The notes: generated by a model not told the origin, from the sequence alone. A stretch of DNA of 64,000 nt from an uncultured Nocardioides sp. (GCA_964551905.1 CAZKEZ010000001.1:13814-77813); one strand, 5' to 3'. Counted from the first letter of the stretch, positions 22,237-32,727 are shown. A program made the numbers and translations.

Positions 22237-23208
22237 GTGACCACCGACCCGTCCCTCACCCGCCGCGGAATCCTGCTCGGAACCGGAGCCGCCGCTGGCC
22301 TGTCCGGCGCGAGCGGCCTGCTGGTCCCGGGCACCGCCGTCGCCGCGGCCGCGCCGCGTCGACCCCCCGGACTCCCCCCGCGCGGCCACCTCTACTACGG
22401 CGGCATCGTGCCGCACACGACGTCTGTCGGCGCCTGGGAGGCACAGCTGGGTCATCGGCTGGGCAGCCGGAGGACCTACTTCCAGCCCGACAACGTCTCC
22501 GGCCTGCTCCGACGCGCGGCAGAGGACCTGGCCGCCGGCCGCTTCCCGGTGCTGTCGATCAAGCCGCCCGGGACCTGGCGATCGGTCGCGCGCGGCCGGC
22601 ACGACGCCTGGCTCGCCCGGATCCTCGACGGCCTCGGCGCTCTCGACGCCCCGTTGTGCTTCACCGTTCATCACGAGCCCGAGAGCGACAGCGGGCGGGC
22701 GGGCAACCGGGCGCGCTGGCACCGGGAGATGACGGAGCTGGTCTACCGGGAGGCCAAACGGCGAGCTCCCCGGGTCCACGTGATCCAGATCTTGATGGCC
22801 TGGACGTTCAGCCGCCGGTCCAAGCGCCATCCCGAGCGCTGGCTGGCCCCGTCGGTCGAGCTGTTCGGCATGGACGCCTACAACTGGTGGAGCCCGGTGC
22901 GCGGTGGACGCTGGCGCGAGCTCTCGGAGCTCGTCGACCGGGCCCGGCCCTACGCCGCCGGTCGGCCCATCGTGGTGGCGGAGTACGGCACCCGCAGCGA
23001 CCCCGAACGGCCGGGACGAGCCGCCCAGTGGATGCGAGACGCCTACTCCTACGCGGTGAAGCACAACGTGGTCGCGCTCAACTACTTCAACTACGCACCC
23101 CGTGGCATCGCGGAGCCGTTCACCCTCGACGCCGAGCGGGCTCCCGTCTTTGCCGACTGCCTCGCAGACCCGCGATCGGTCCCCTACTCGTTCACCACTC
23201 GCGGCTGA
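22237..23208 (+). CDS. Tat-exported GH26-like glycoside hydrolase
   Basis: SD GAGGAG; LTRRGIL signal; HHEPE, GMDAYN, VVAEYG; paralog of 20175-21131. Confidence 0.72.
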   Translation: MTTDPSLTRRGILLGTGAAAGLSGASGLLVPGTAVAAAAPRRPPGLPPRGHLYYGGIVPHTTSVGAWEAQLGHRLGSRRTYFQPDNVSGLLRRAAEDLAAGRFPVLSIKPPGTWRSVARGRHDAWLARILDGLGALDAPLCFTVHHEPESDSGRAGNRARWHREMTELVYREAKRRAPRVHVIQILMAWTFSRRSKRHPERWLAPSVELFGMDAYNWWSPVRGGRWRELSELVDRARPYAAGRPIVVAEYGTRSDPERPGRAAQWMRDAYSYAVKHNVVALNYFNYAPRGIAEPFTLDAERAPVFADCLADPRSVPYSFTTRG

Positions 23209-23223
23209 CGGCAGCGGCGCCCC

Positions 23224-23308
23224 TACCCCGACTACCGCTCCCCTACCGGCGCCCGCGGCGCCGAATGGGGGCTCATTTGCGACGGTAGGCGCGCGGTAGA
23301 TGGGGGGT
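23224..23308. repeat. Imperfect inverted-repeat element (family B) between convergent genes
   Basis: ctaccgc...gcggtag arms; reverse complement resembles 46784-46869. Confidence 0.55.
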
Positions 23309-23316
23309 GTCCGTGG

Positions 23317-26184
23317 TCAGGGGGCCGGGCTCAGCGCCACGGTCCAGTTGATCCCGCGGTTGCTGGCCCGCGCCACGGTCGCCCGCTCACCGCCCCAGGT
23401 GCCGGGCGTCGGCACCTTCTGACCGGAGTCGACGAGGACGGAGGTGATCCGACCGCTTCCGGTGCCCAGCGCCGTACCGCGCTCGGTGGTGCCAGCCGGC
23501 GTGCTCCAGGCCGTGGTCCACGAGGACTTGTCCGACCAGTAGCTCAGCAGCCAGGCCCCGGAGCTCGCGGTCACGGTGGGTGCCACGTGGGCGGTGGCGG
23601 AGGAGTCGACCGACGAGGCGATCGCCGGGGCCGGGACGGCCGCGCTCGCCCCGCGGTAGGCCGCCAGGGTCAGCGCCGACTTGGTCGAGCTGCCCAACGA
23701 CACAGTCACCGTGCTGCCGGAGGAGCCGGCGGTCGCGGTGGTCACCCAGACCTTCGACGACATGCCGGTGTGCGTGCGAGAGCCGACCTCGGTCCAGCCG
23801 CTCGGCGTCGCGGGCGCCGCGCCCTCCAGCCCGAAGCTGCCGTAGAGCACCAGGGTGTCGCCGGCCTGGACGCCCGACGGGACCGTCACCGACGGCGCCG
23901 CCGACGCCGCCGTGCCCGCGTAGGTGCCGGCACCCACGAAGGAGATGTCGGAGGCGGCCGGAGCGACCGCGGTCACGGTCTTGGTGACCGAGTCCGAGGC
24001 GCCCTCGTTGTCCGTCACGGTCAGCGTGACCTGGTGGCCGCCCGCCGCGGCGAAGTCCTGGTGAGCGGTCGCTCCGGTGCCCCCGATGCTCCACTGGTAC
24101 GTCGCCACCGAGCCGTCCGGGTCGGTGGACACCGAACCATCGAGATCGCAGGAGAGCTCGACACAGGTGGCCGTGAAGTCCGCCACCGGCGGCTCATTGA
24201 CGTTGGCAGGTGCCAGGAACACGGCCCGGCCCCGCCAGTCGCGCGAGGTGTCGACAGTGGTCGCGGAGCCGCTCGGCGCGTGGTTGACCAGGGAGACCTT
24301 GCGCAGCTGCCCGGTCGAACGCTGCACGTAGAACAGCTGGTCGTCGGACGCGAACGCCAGCGCCGCATCGTTCCACGCGATGCCGTTCGCGGCCGAGAAG
24401 ACCTCGCTGCCCACGATCCCGGAGTCGGTGTCGAAGTAGCGCCACTGCAGGGAGCTCGAGTTGGACTGGGTGTAGTAGAGCCGGTGGTCGTGGTACGCGA
24501 GGCCAGTGACGGAGCTGTTCAGGCTGGCGAACATGCTCGGCAGGTTGCCGGTGTAGACCGAGGAGCCCGAGCCGGTCGCGACGCCGGTCCAGGTGGGGTC
24601 GCTGCGGTAGGGGTCCAGCTTCACAGCGGGGCCGAAGGTGCCCTTCCGGTAGGTGCGGCTGTACAGGAACCCGTCGTCGTACCCGTAGAAGAGCTTGCCC
24701 CCGGCCCAGAACGCGCCCCGGACCTTGCTCCAGGTGATGCCGCCGTTGTCCACACTGGTCCGCGGTCCGAACGCGCCGCCGTTGAACGACTGTGTCGACA
24801 GGGAGTCGCCGGAGTTGTTCGGCGAACCGACCAGCACCTCGGCGGGCAGGCTCGCGAGCGAGTCGTCGGCGACCTCGTGTCCACCCGCCAGCGGGAAGAA
24901 CCCGAGCCGCGGCCGCTGGTAGGTGAAGTTGCCGATCCAGGCGCTGTTGCTGCCGAAGTAGAGACCGTTGTCGGTCGCCAGGAACGTGTAGGCCGCCTCA
25001 CCTCGAGGGTGCCGTCCCGGGTTCCAGTCGAGCGGGATCCCGGAGTGCACGCTCAAGGCCGCGATGCCCGGCCGTGGCACCGCCCCCTGACCGGCGGAGT
25101 CCCGGCCGTTGATGTTGTTCATCCAGCGCATGTGCCCGCCGACGTACACCGCACTGTCGGTGACCTCGACGCCCCACAGGGTGTCCCCGCCGGACCAGTT
25201 CACCCAGGTCGGCTGGAGATCGGTCCCGACCGCGCCGGTCTCCCACCGGGCCGCGGCGTCGCAGAGGGTCCCCGAGTAGGGTCCGCCGCTCGCGGCGATC
25301 ACGAAGAAGCTGCCGTCCGGTGAGAAGCTCACGTCGCGCACCCACGAGTCGAACGAGTTCTTCCCGCAGTACGGCGAGTAGCGTGCCGTCGCCCAGTCGG
25401 GCGCCACGACCGCGCTCGCACCGTCGGTGTCGACCATGACCACCTGGTCGCGGAGCAGTCCGTCCGCGCGCTTGAAGTTGCCGATGGCCACCACCCGGGA
25501 CCCGTCGGGAGTGACATCGAGCTTGGTGATGCCGACCGCGCTCTTGGCGCCCGATCCGCTGTCGTTGTGCCGTTGGGTGAGCTGGACGTTGACGAAGGGG
25601 TCCAGCGCTCCGGTGGTGAAGTCGAGGGAGGCGAAGCCGGAGTGGGCCACACCGCCGACGGTCGTGAAGTTCCCACCGATGTAGAGCCGGTTGTCGTGGG
25701 CCGCCATCGACCAGACCTTGCCGTTCGGTGCCGCGGCCTTGAAGGAGGTGACGCGGGCACCGTTGGCCAGGTTGATCAGCACCACGCGTTGCACGCTCTT
25801 GCCGTTGAGCTTCTTGAACCCGCCGGCGACCAGCACGGTGCCCGGGGTCGGTCCCGGGATCAGAGTTTGGACCGGGCCGTCCAGCGTGGGGGCGAAGCCA
25901 CTGACCAGTGCTCCGGTCGTGGCATCGAAGGCCAGGATGTTGCTGCGGTCCTGCGCGGTGGCGCCGCTGCCCCAGGACCGGGCCGACGAGAAGTTGCCGC
26001 CGGCGACGACGGTGTTGCCGATCTTGGTGAGCGCGTACACCTGACCGTTGAGGACCGCCGGCGTCTTACCGGGCACGGGCGAGACCACCGGGTCGGCCTG
26101 GGCCGGGACTGCCAACGGTCCGACCGCGAGCGATGCCAGCGTCATCGCGACCAGCATCACGGCACACTTCACTGCGCGGACCAA
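23317..26184 (-). CDS. Secreted protein: beta-propeller, PKD, C-terminal beta domain
   Basis: Signal peptide ending AQA-D; repeats VVAGGNF, LYIGGNF, VYVGGH; PKD VTLTVTDNEG; start uncertain (TTG 26184). Confidence 0.82.
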   Translation of the reverse strand: MVRAVKCAVMLVAMTLASLAVGPLAVPAQADPVVSPVPGKTPAVLNGQVYALTKIGNTVVAGGNFSSARSWGSGATAQDRSNILAFDATTGALVSGFAPTLDGPVQTLIPGPTPGTVLVAGGFKKLNGKSVQRVVLINLANGARVTSFKAAAPNGKVWSMAAHDNRLYIGGNFTTVGGVAHSGFASLDFTTGALDPFVNVQLTQRHNDSGSGAKSAVGITKLDVTPDGSRVVAIGNFKRADGLLRDQVVMVDTDGASAVVAPDWATARYSPYCGKNSFDSWVRDVSFSPDGSFFVIAASGGPYSGTLCDAAARWETGAVGTDLQPTWVNWSGGDTLWGVEVTDSAVYVGGHMRWMNNINGRDSAGQGAVPRPGIAALSVHSGIPLDWNPGRHPRGEAAYTFLATDNGLYFGSNSAWIGNFTYQRPRLGFFPLAGGHEVADDSLASLPAEVLVGSPNNSGDSLSTQSFNGGAFGPRTSVDNGGITWSKVRGAFWAGGKLFYGYDDGFLYSRTYRKGTFGPAVKLDPYRSDPTWTGVATGSGSSVYTGNLPSMFASLNSSVTGLAYHDHRLYYTQSNSSSLQWRYFDTDSGIVGSEVFSAANGIAWNDAALAFASDDQLFYVQRSTGQLRKVSLVNHAPSGSATTVDTSRDWRGRAVFLAPANVNEPPVADFTATCVELSCDLDGSVSTDPDGSVATYQWSIGGTGATAHQDFAAAGGHQVTLTVTDNEGASDSVTKTVTAVAPAASDISFVGAGTYAGTAASAAPSVTVPSGVQAGDTLVLYGSFGLEGAAPATPSGWTEVGSRTHTGMSSKVWVTTATAGSSGSTVTVSLGSSTKSALTLAAYRGASAAVPAPAIASSVDSSATAHVAPTVTASSGAWLLSYWSDKSSWTTAWSTPAGTTERGTALGTGSGRITSVLVDSGQKVPTPGTWGGERATVARASNRGINWTVALSPAP

Positions 26185-26411
26185 CGTCCCACCCCCGTGT
26201 TTCGCCAGCACCCCCCATGGCGCTGCGGGCCGCCCCCCAAGGTGGCCGTCCGCCAGCATACGACACCCATGACGACCGGGCGAACCATGGCTCGTTCGGG
26301 CTATACAGGTCTAGCCCATAGGGGTGCTGAGATGCCTCTGGCTCTATCATGGACGCTTGGCATGGGGCCTGTGCGCCCCGGCGCGGGGGAACAAGAAACG
26401 GAGATTCGAGC

Positions 26412-27419
26412 ATGGGCGGAGCTCCTGCCACGTCCTGCCCTCAGGTGGTCTACCTGGGCGGATTCGGGAGGTCGGGCAGCACACTGCTGGAGCGCGTGCT
26501 GGGCGCGGTGCCCGGCTGGGTCAACGTGGGCGAGCTGGTCGACCTGCCGCGCTCGGTGTTTCCGCACCAGGAGCGCTGCGGCTGCGGTGAACGGTTCGCC
26601 CGCTGTCCGTTCTGGTCCGAGGTCGGGGAGCGTGCGTTCGGCGGCTGGTCTCCCCTACTGCTGCGTCGGCTCGCGGAGCTTCGACTCGTGGTCGCCCGGC
26701 AGCGGCACGTCCCGTCGCTGCTGGCGTTGGCCCGCGGGGTCGGATCCCGGACGACGCTCGCCGACGACGTCGCCGAGTACCAACGCGGCTACGGTCGGCT
26801 CTACCGGGCCGTGGCGGAGGTCAGCGGCTGCCCCGTCGTCGTGGACGCCAGCAAGGGACCTGCGCACGGCCTGGCCCTGGGCCTGCAACTGGGCGGTGAC
26901 CCGGCGCCGTACTCCCTCAGCATGGTCAACCTGGTTCGCGACCCGCGCGGGGTCGCCTACTCCTGGTCCCGCCGCAGCTCCGCACGTCCCCAGGCAGGGT
27001 CGGGTCCCCGCCAGATGTGGTCGATCGGCTCGCCCCGCTCCGCGGCCCAGTGGGCGGCCCTGCAGACCGAGATGAGCCTGGTCGGACCGGTCGCCGGGAT
27101 CCCGCAGGTGCGGCTCCGCTACGAGGACCTCGTGGCCGACCCCCGGGCGGCGGTCGCGGAGCTCGCGGCCGGCCTCGGCCTCCCGCTGCCCACCGACGGG
27201 CTCGACCACGTCGAGGCACACGCGGTCACCCTGGGGCCCAGTCACGGACTGTCGGGCAATCCCAGCAGGTTCCGGAACGGTCGCATCGTCCTGAGCCCCG
27301 ACGAGGAGTGGCGCCGCGAGCTGCCGGTCCGCGAGCGTCGGCTGGTGACCGCGACCACGCTCCCGTGGCTCCTCGGCTACGGCTATCCCACCTCGCTGCC
27401 CAGGGCGGAGGCGTCATGA
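26412..27419 (+). CDS. Sulfotransferase with CxCG...CPxW motif
   Basis: GFGRSGSTLL, RCGCGERFARCPFW, VDASK, VRDPRGVAYSW, RYEDL. Confidence 0.88.
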   Translation: MGGAPATSCPQVVYLGGFGRSGSTLLERVLGAVPGWVNVGELVDLPRSVFPHQERCGCGERFARCPFWSEVGERAFGGWSPLLLRRLAELRLVVARQRHVPSLLALARGVGSRTTLADDVAEYQRGYGRLYRAVAEVSGCPVVVDASKGPAHGLALGLQLGGDPAPYSLSMVNLVRDPRGVAYSWSRRSSARPQAGSGPRQMWSIGSPRSAAQWAALQTEMSLVGPVAGIPQVRLRYEDLVADPRAAVAELAAGLGLPLPTDGLDHVEAHAVTLGPSHGLSGNPSRFRNGRIVLSPDEEWRRELPVRERRLVTATTLPWLLGYGYPTSLPRAEAS

Positions 27420-28354
27420 GCGTGACCGGGAAGCCTGCCGCCGGCGCGCCACTGGTGTCCGTGGTGATCCCCACCCGGGGCCGACCCGAGCTGCTCCGCG
27501 AGACCCTCGCCAGCATCGTCGCCCAGGACTACGCCGGTCCGATGGAGATCCTCGTGGTGCACGACCAGGAGGACGCCGACCGCACTCTGAGTGAGCTGGG
27601 CACGCCCGACCGGGTGGTCCGGTCGATGAGCAACGACGGCAAGCCCGGCCTGGCCGGGGCCCGCAACACCGGGGTCCGCAACACCTCCGGACCGATCGTG
27701 GCCAGCTGCGACGACGATGACCTGTGGCACCCCGCCAAGATCCGTCGCCAGGTCGAGCGGCTCGAGTCCGACCCGCGGCTCCTCGCCGTCGGCACCGGCA
27801 TCCGGCTGCTGATGGGCGACCGCGACGTCGACTGGCCGGGGCAGCGGGAGACGGTCACCCATGAGCGGCTGCTGCACAACCGGGTCAAGGAGCTGCACAG
27901 CTCCACGCTCGCGATCCGGCGGATCGCCTTCGCCAAGGCGGGCGAGTACGACGAAGAGCTGCCCCACGGGTACGGCGAGGACTACGACTGGCTGCTGCGG
28001 GCGTCCCGCGTCGGCGGCGTCGGAGTGATCACCGAGGTGCTGGCCGACATCCGCAAGGACGTCCCCTCGTGGTTCCGGGGTCGGGCCCTGAACACCGCCG
28101 ACGCCCTGGAGTACCTGCTCGCCAAGCACCAGGACTTCGCCCGGCACCCCCGGGGACACGCCCGGGTCCTGGGCCAGATCGCCTACGCCCGCGGGACGGC
28201 CGGCGACCGCAGGGCCGCACTGCGCTACGCCGGACGGTCCCTGCGCGCCTATCCCCTGGCTCCGCATGGGTGGCTCGGCCTGGCCAGCACCACGGGCGTC
28301 GACCCGCAGCGGATGCTCAAGGTCGCCCGCTCCTTCGGACGGGGGCTCTCGTGA
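27416..28354 (+). CDS. Glycosyltransferase family 2
   Basis: VSVVIPTRGR, GARNTG, CDDDD, GEDYDW; ATGA overlap. Confidence 0.92.
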   Translation: MSVTGKPAAGAPLVSVVIPTRGRPELLRETLASIVAQDYAGPMEILVVHDQEDADRTLSELGTPDRVVRSMSNDGKPGLAGARNTGVRNTSGPIVASCDDDDLWHPAKIRRQVERLESDPRLLAVGTGIRLLMGDRDVDWPGQRETVTHERLLHNRVKELHSSTLAIRRIAFAKAGEYDEELPHGYGEDYDWLLRASRVGGVGVITEVLADIRKDVPSWFRGRALNTADALEYLLAKHQDFARHPRGHARVLGQIAYARGTAGDRRAALRYAGRSLRAYPLAPHGWLGLASTTGVDPQRMLKVARSFGRGLS

Positions 28355-29190
28355 ACCGACTGCCCAACTTCCTCTACATCGGTCCCGACAAGGCCGGGTC
28401 CTCCTGGCTGCACGAGACCCTGATCCGGCACCCCGAGGTGTATCTCACCCCGGCGAAGGACCTGTACTTCTTCGACCGGTACTACGACCGCGGCAAGGAC
28501 TGGTACGCCGAGCAGTTCCGCGACGCCAACGGACAGGCCGTGGTCGGCGAGGTCTGCCAGGACTACCTGTTCCACCCGCAGGCCCCGTCCCGGATCGCCG
28601 AGGTCCTCGGTGAGAAGCCCCGGTTCATGGTGAGCCTCCGGGACCCGGTGGAGCGGGCCTGGTCGTCGTACCTCTACGCCCGCAAGCACGGCGTCTGGCC
28701 CGACGACTTCATGACGGCCCTGCGCACGGTTCCCGAGCTGCTGGAGCACGGCCGCTACGCCAGCGGGCTCGCCAGGTTCGCCGAGCACTTCCCGCGTGAG
28801 GCCGTGCACCTGGCCGTGTTCGACGACCTGGCCCGCGACCCGCAGTCCTACCTCGACGCGACCACTGACTTCCTGGGCATCGACCGCATGCCGCTGACCG
28901 ACGAGGACCGCGCCGCCCGACTTCCCGCGGCCGCGGCCCGGTCGACGGCGGTGGCGCGTGCGGTGCGCCGCACCGCCGACTGGGTCCGCAGCCACGATGG
29001 CGCCCGGCTGGTCGGAGCGGTGAAGCGATCACCCCTGGTGCACCGGATCCTCTACCGCCCCCTGGACAGCTCCAGCGTCCGGCCCTCCCCCGAGGCGGTT
29101 GCCTACATCCGGGCCGAGCTTGAGGATGAGGTGGTGCGGATCGAGCAGCAGTACGGCGTCTCGCTGCGCCAGCGGTGGGGCTGGGTATGA
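28351..29190 (+). CDS. Sulfotransferase (heparan sulfate ST-like motifs)
   Basis: PNFLYIGPDKAGSSWL, K-LYFFD, LRDPVERAWSSY; GTGA overlap. Confidence 0.88.
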   Translation: MNRLPNFLYIGPDKAGSSWLHETLIRHPEVYLTPAKDLYFFDRYYDRGKDWYAEQFRDANGQAVVGEVCQDYLFHPQAPSRIAEVLGEKPRFMVSLRDPVERAWSSYLYARKHGVWPDDFMTALRTVPELLEHGRYASGLARFAEHFPREAVHLAVFDDLARDPQSYLDATTDFLGIDRMPLTDEDRAARLPAAAARSTAVARAVRRTADWVRSHDGARLVGAVKRSPLVHRILYRPLDSSSVRPSPEAVAYIRAELEDEVVRIEQQYGVSLRQRWGWV

Positions 29191-30662
29191 CGCCTGGTCG
29201 CGGCGTCGACCTCGGCCCCGCGCCGGACACCTGGGCGGGACGGATCATGGGGGCGGATCGGTCCGACCTCGCCATCCCACCTCGTCCCCGGACGCACCGG
29301 TTCCTGGGACTCACCATCGACGAGTACTGGCCGCTCGCGGCGTACTTCTACCTGTACCCGGTGTGGTGGGTGCTGGGCCTGTCGAAGGTGATGATCTTCA
29401 TCCTGGCCCTCCCCATGCTGGCGACGCTGATCCGGCGGCGCACGATCCGGGTGCCGCGTGGCTTCGGTCTCTACCTGCTGTTCCTCGTGTGGGTTGCCCT
29501 GGGCATCACGATGCTCTGGGTGCGCGCGCCCGGCACCGAGGACAAGACCGGGTTCGGGCCGCTGGTCGGCTTCGGGTACCGCTCGCTCTGGTACGCCGCG
29601 GTCACCATCGCCTGCCTGTACGTTCTCAACGCGGACCGGACCCGCCTGACCGCCCAGCGGATCGGTCGGATGCTGGCCTTCCAGTTCGTGGTCACCACCG
29701 TCGGTGGGCTGGTCGGGGTGTTCTTCTCCTCGCTCGACTTCCCGTCGCTGGTCGAGCTGTTCCTGCCTCAGTCGGCCAACCGGCAGGAGTTCATGAACGC
29801 CCTGTTCCACCCGCGCATCGCGCTGGCATCGGAGTTCCTCGGCTACACCCAGCCCCGGGTCACCGCGCCGTACTCCTACCCCAACACCTGGGGCAACGCC
29901 TATGGGTTGCTCCTCCCGTTCTTCCTGTTCACCTGGTTCGGCAGGGCGGCTGGCTGGCGTCGGTACGTCGCGCCGCTGGTCCTGCTCGCCTCGTTCATCC
30001 CGGTCGTGTACTCGCTCAACCGCGGGCTGTGGCTCGGTCTCGCCGTGTCCGCGACCTGGCTCATCCTGCGCCGGCTGGTGGCCGGCGACGTCCGAGCGCT
30101 GCTGGCCGGCACCCTGGCCACCCTGGTGGTGGTGGTCAGCCTGGTCGCCACGCCACTGGGCGGCACCATCGTCACCCGGCTCGCGACACCGCACAGCGAC
30201 GAGCGCCGGCAGGACACGGTGGCGGAGGTCTTCCGAACGACCTGGGAGTCCTCGCCGGTGCTGGGATTCGGCGGCACCCGGCAGATGGTCGGCAACTTCA
30301 CGTCGCTGGCCGGGACCGGGGCGCCGGGCTGCCACCAGTGCGCCGCGCCGCCCCTCGGCACGCAGGGCTTCCTGTGGGGCCTGGTCTTCATGACCGGCTT
30401 CGTCGGTGCCCTGCTCCTGATGGGCTTCCTGCTGTGGCAGTTCGTTCTGAACGCCCGACGACGATCGACCCTGGGACTCGTGGCGTCGACCGTGCTCCTG
30501 TCCAGCGTCTTCTACTTCCTGTTCTACGACGCGCTCGAGCTGCCCATGCTCGTGACGATGATGACTGTGGGGCTGGCGGCTCGCGACCACGCTCCGGACA
30601 CCGCCGCCGTCGAGGTGCCCGTCGACGAGTGGTCCCGGGACCTCTGGGAGCGGGTGCCATGA
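29187..30662 (+). CDS. Wzy/O-antigen ligase-like polymerase
   Basis: About 11-12 hydrophobic segments; RVTAPYSYPNTWG, SLNRG, SPVLGFG. Confidence 0.75.
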   Translation: MTPGRGVDLGPAPDTWAGRIMGADRSDLAIPPRPRTHRFLGLTIDEYWPLAAYFYLYPVWWVLGLSKVMIFILALPMLATLIRRRTIRVPRGFGLYLLFLVWVALGITMLWVRAPGTEDKTGFGPLVGFGYRSLWYAAVTIACLYVLNADRTRLTAQRIGRMLAFQFVVTTVGGLVGVFFSSLDFPSLVELFLPQSANRQEFMNALFHPRIALASEFLGYTQPRVTAPYSYPNTWGNAYGLLLPFFLFTWFGRAAGWRRYVAPLVLLASFIPVVYSLNRGLWLGLAVSATWLILRRLVAGDVRALLAGTLATLVVVVSLVATPLGGTIVTRLATPHSDERRQDTVAEVFRTTWESSPVLGFGGTRQMVGNFTSLAGTGAPGCHQCAAPPLGTQGFLWGLVFMTGFVGALLLMGFLLWQFVLNARRRSTLGLVASTVLLSSVFYFLFYDALELPMLVTMMTVGLAARDHAPDTAAVEVPVDEWSRDLWERVP

Positions 30663-31864
30663 GCCACTCATCGGGGTCCGTCGCTGCGGACCGGCTGCCC
30701 GGCCAGCTCGCCGGACTGCTCGACGAGCTCGGACTGGACCCGCACCGCTGCCGACTCACCCGCCGACCCGCCCGGGGCGCGGCGGCGTACCTCTGCCTGC
30801 CCGCGCCGGACCGACCCCAGCTGCTGGTCCCCGAGCGCCGGTGGGCCGGGCCGATGCTCGTCGACCGGCGGGCCCGTGGAACGCGGGGCCGGTTGGCCAA
30901 GCAGGGGCTGGCCCGCGCCCTCGGCACGGGGATACTGGGGCGGCTCCCCGTGCGGCGACTGGTCGTCGACGACCCGCGCCTGGACGAGCTGGCGACCTGG
31001 CTGACCGACTCGCCCGGGGCCGTCGTGGGCGTGCTCACCGGGCCACCGCGGGCGAACCGCAAGCCGGTGCTGCGGGTCTTCACCTCGGACGGCACGACCA
31101 TCGGCTACGCCAAGGTGGGGGCCACGGCGCTGGCGGCCGAGCTGGTCCGGCACGAGGCGCGAGCGCTCGCCGACCTGGCGGAGGCCGACCTGGCCACCCT
31201 CCGGGTGCCGCGGGTCGTCCGCAGCGGCAGCTGGCGTGGCCGCGACCTGCTGCTGACCAGCCCGCTGGCCGCGGTCGAACGACAGCCGTCGCGGCTTCCG
31301 GTCGCGGCGACCCGGACCCTCTTCGGACTGCACGCCACCCAGGACCGGCCGCTCGGCGCCTCGTCGGTGTTCACGGTCGGGGCTGGGTCGGAGCTGACCG
31401 GCCCCGCTGCCACCGAGCTGCATCGGCTCGCTGGGCGCCTGGAGGCCGCGCTCGGCGACCGGTTGCTGCCACTCGGCGCGGCCCACGGCGACTGGACCCC
31501 CTGGAACATGGCCTGGACCGATGGCGTGCTGGAGGTCTGGGACTGGGAGCGGTTCGCCACCGACCTCCCCGCGGGACACGACGTCATCCACTTCGAGGCG
31601 TCCCGGGTGCAGGCGGCCGACCCGTCGGCCGGCGAGCAGCGGCTGCTGACCGAGCTGCCGGACCGGTTGGCGGAGTGCGGCCTCGACCCCGGCCTCACCC
31701 ATGAGCTCCTGGCGCTGTACCTCCTCGTGATCGGACGCCGGTACGCCGCCGACCTCACCCGGCAGCCTGCGGCCTCGGTGTCCACCCGCCTGGACTGGGT
31801 GGTGCGCCTGCTCCGGGCCGAGACGGACCGGGTGGCGCCCGCCGAACGGAGGGCAGCCCGGTGA
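30659..31864 (+). CDS. APH/kinase-like phosphotransferase
   Basis: GYAKVG, HE, catalytic HGDWTPWN, DWE; ATGA overlap. Confidence 0.75.
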   Translation: MSHSSGSVAADRLPGQLAGLLDELGLDPHRCRLTRRPARGAAAYLCLPAPDRPQLLVPERRWAGPMLVDRRARGTRGRLAKQGLARALGTGILGRLPVRRLVVDDPRLDELATWLTDSPGAVVGVLTGPPRANRKPVLRVFTSDGTTIGYAKVGATALAAELVRHEARALADLAEADLATLRVPRVVRSGSWRGRDLLLTSPLAAVERQPSRLPVAATRTLFGLHATQDRPLGASSVFTVGAGSELTGPAATELHRLAGRLEAALGDRLLPLGAAHGDWTPWNMAWTDGVLEVWDWERFATDLPAGHDVIHFEASRVQAADPSAGEQRLLTELPDRLAECGLDPGLTHELLALYLLVIGRRYAADLTRQPAASVSTRLDWVVRLLRAETDRVAPAERRAAR

Positions 31865-32727
31865 ACCTGCGCAAGATGGCTCCGGCCTCGGTCCGTGCCG
31901 GAGGTCGCCGGGCCAGTGTCTGGTGGGGCACCCGGACCGCCTCCCGCCGACCGCTGCCGGACTTCCTGGTCATCGGCGGCCAACGCTGTGGGACCACGTC
32001 CCTGTTCCGGGCGCTGATGGCCCACCCGCAGGTCCTGCGACCCCAGCTGCACAAGGGCGTCAACTACTTCGACCTCAACTACGACCGTGGTGAGAGCTGG
32101 TACCGCGGCCACTTCCCGGTTCGCGGCGCCGACCCGGAGACCCGGGTCTTCGACTCCAGCGGCTACTACATGTTCCATCCGCTCGCCCCCGAACGCATCG
32201 TGAGCGACCTCCCCGACGTACGGGTCATCGCCATGGTCCGCGACCCGGTGGAGCGCGCGTACTCGGCGTACAAGCACGAGCTGGCGCGCGGGTTCGAGTG
32301 GGAGCGCCCCTTCTCGCGGGCGCTGGAGCTGGAGGACCCCCGGCTGGAGGGCGAGATCGAGCAGATGGTCGTCGACCCCGGCTACCAGAGCTTCAACCAC
32401 CGGCACCACGCCTACCGTCGGCGCGGGGAGTACGCCCGGCTGCTGCGTCCCTTCCTGGACGGGCTGGGGGCGGACCGCGTGCACGTCGTGGAGAGCGAGT
32501 CGTTCTTCGCCCGGCCCGAGGTCGAGTACACGCGCATTCTTGAGTTCCTGGGTCTGCCCGCCTACACCCCGGACCGTTTCGACCAGTACAACGCCCGCCC
32601 CGGCAAGGGACTCGATCCCGACGTGGCGGAGCGGCTGCGGGCGCACTTCGAGCCGCACGACTCGGCGCTGGCCGAGCTGCTGGGCCACCCTCCCTTCTGG
32701 CGAGTGCCGGTGGTCGACCGTGACTGA
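31861..32727 (+). CDS. Sulfotransferase (heparan sulfate ST-like motifs)
   Basis: PDFLVIGGQRCGTTSL, KGVNYFD, WYRGHF, VRDPVERAYSAY. Confidence 0.9.
   Translation: MNLRKMAPASVRAGGRRASVWWGTRTASRRPLPDFLVIGGQRCGTTSLFRALMAHPQVLRPQLHKGVNYFDLNYDRGESWYRGHFPVRGADPETRVFDSSGYYMFHPLAPERIVSDLPDVRVIAMVRDPVERAYSAYKHELARGFEWERPFSRALELEDPRLEGEIEQMVVDPGYQSFNHRHHAYRRRGEYARLLRPFLDGLGADRVHVVESESFFARPEVEYTRILEFLGLPAYTPDRFDQYNARPGKGLDPDVAERLRAHFEPHDSALAELLGHPPFWRVPVVDRD

Noticed and set aside
20917-23208. 763-aa ORF
   Set aside because: Only the part from 22237 is protein-like; the rest overlaps two real genes in other frames
29099-31864. 921-aa ORF
   Set aside because: Upstream portion is an off-frame read of the Wzy-like gene; real start is ATG 30659
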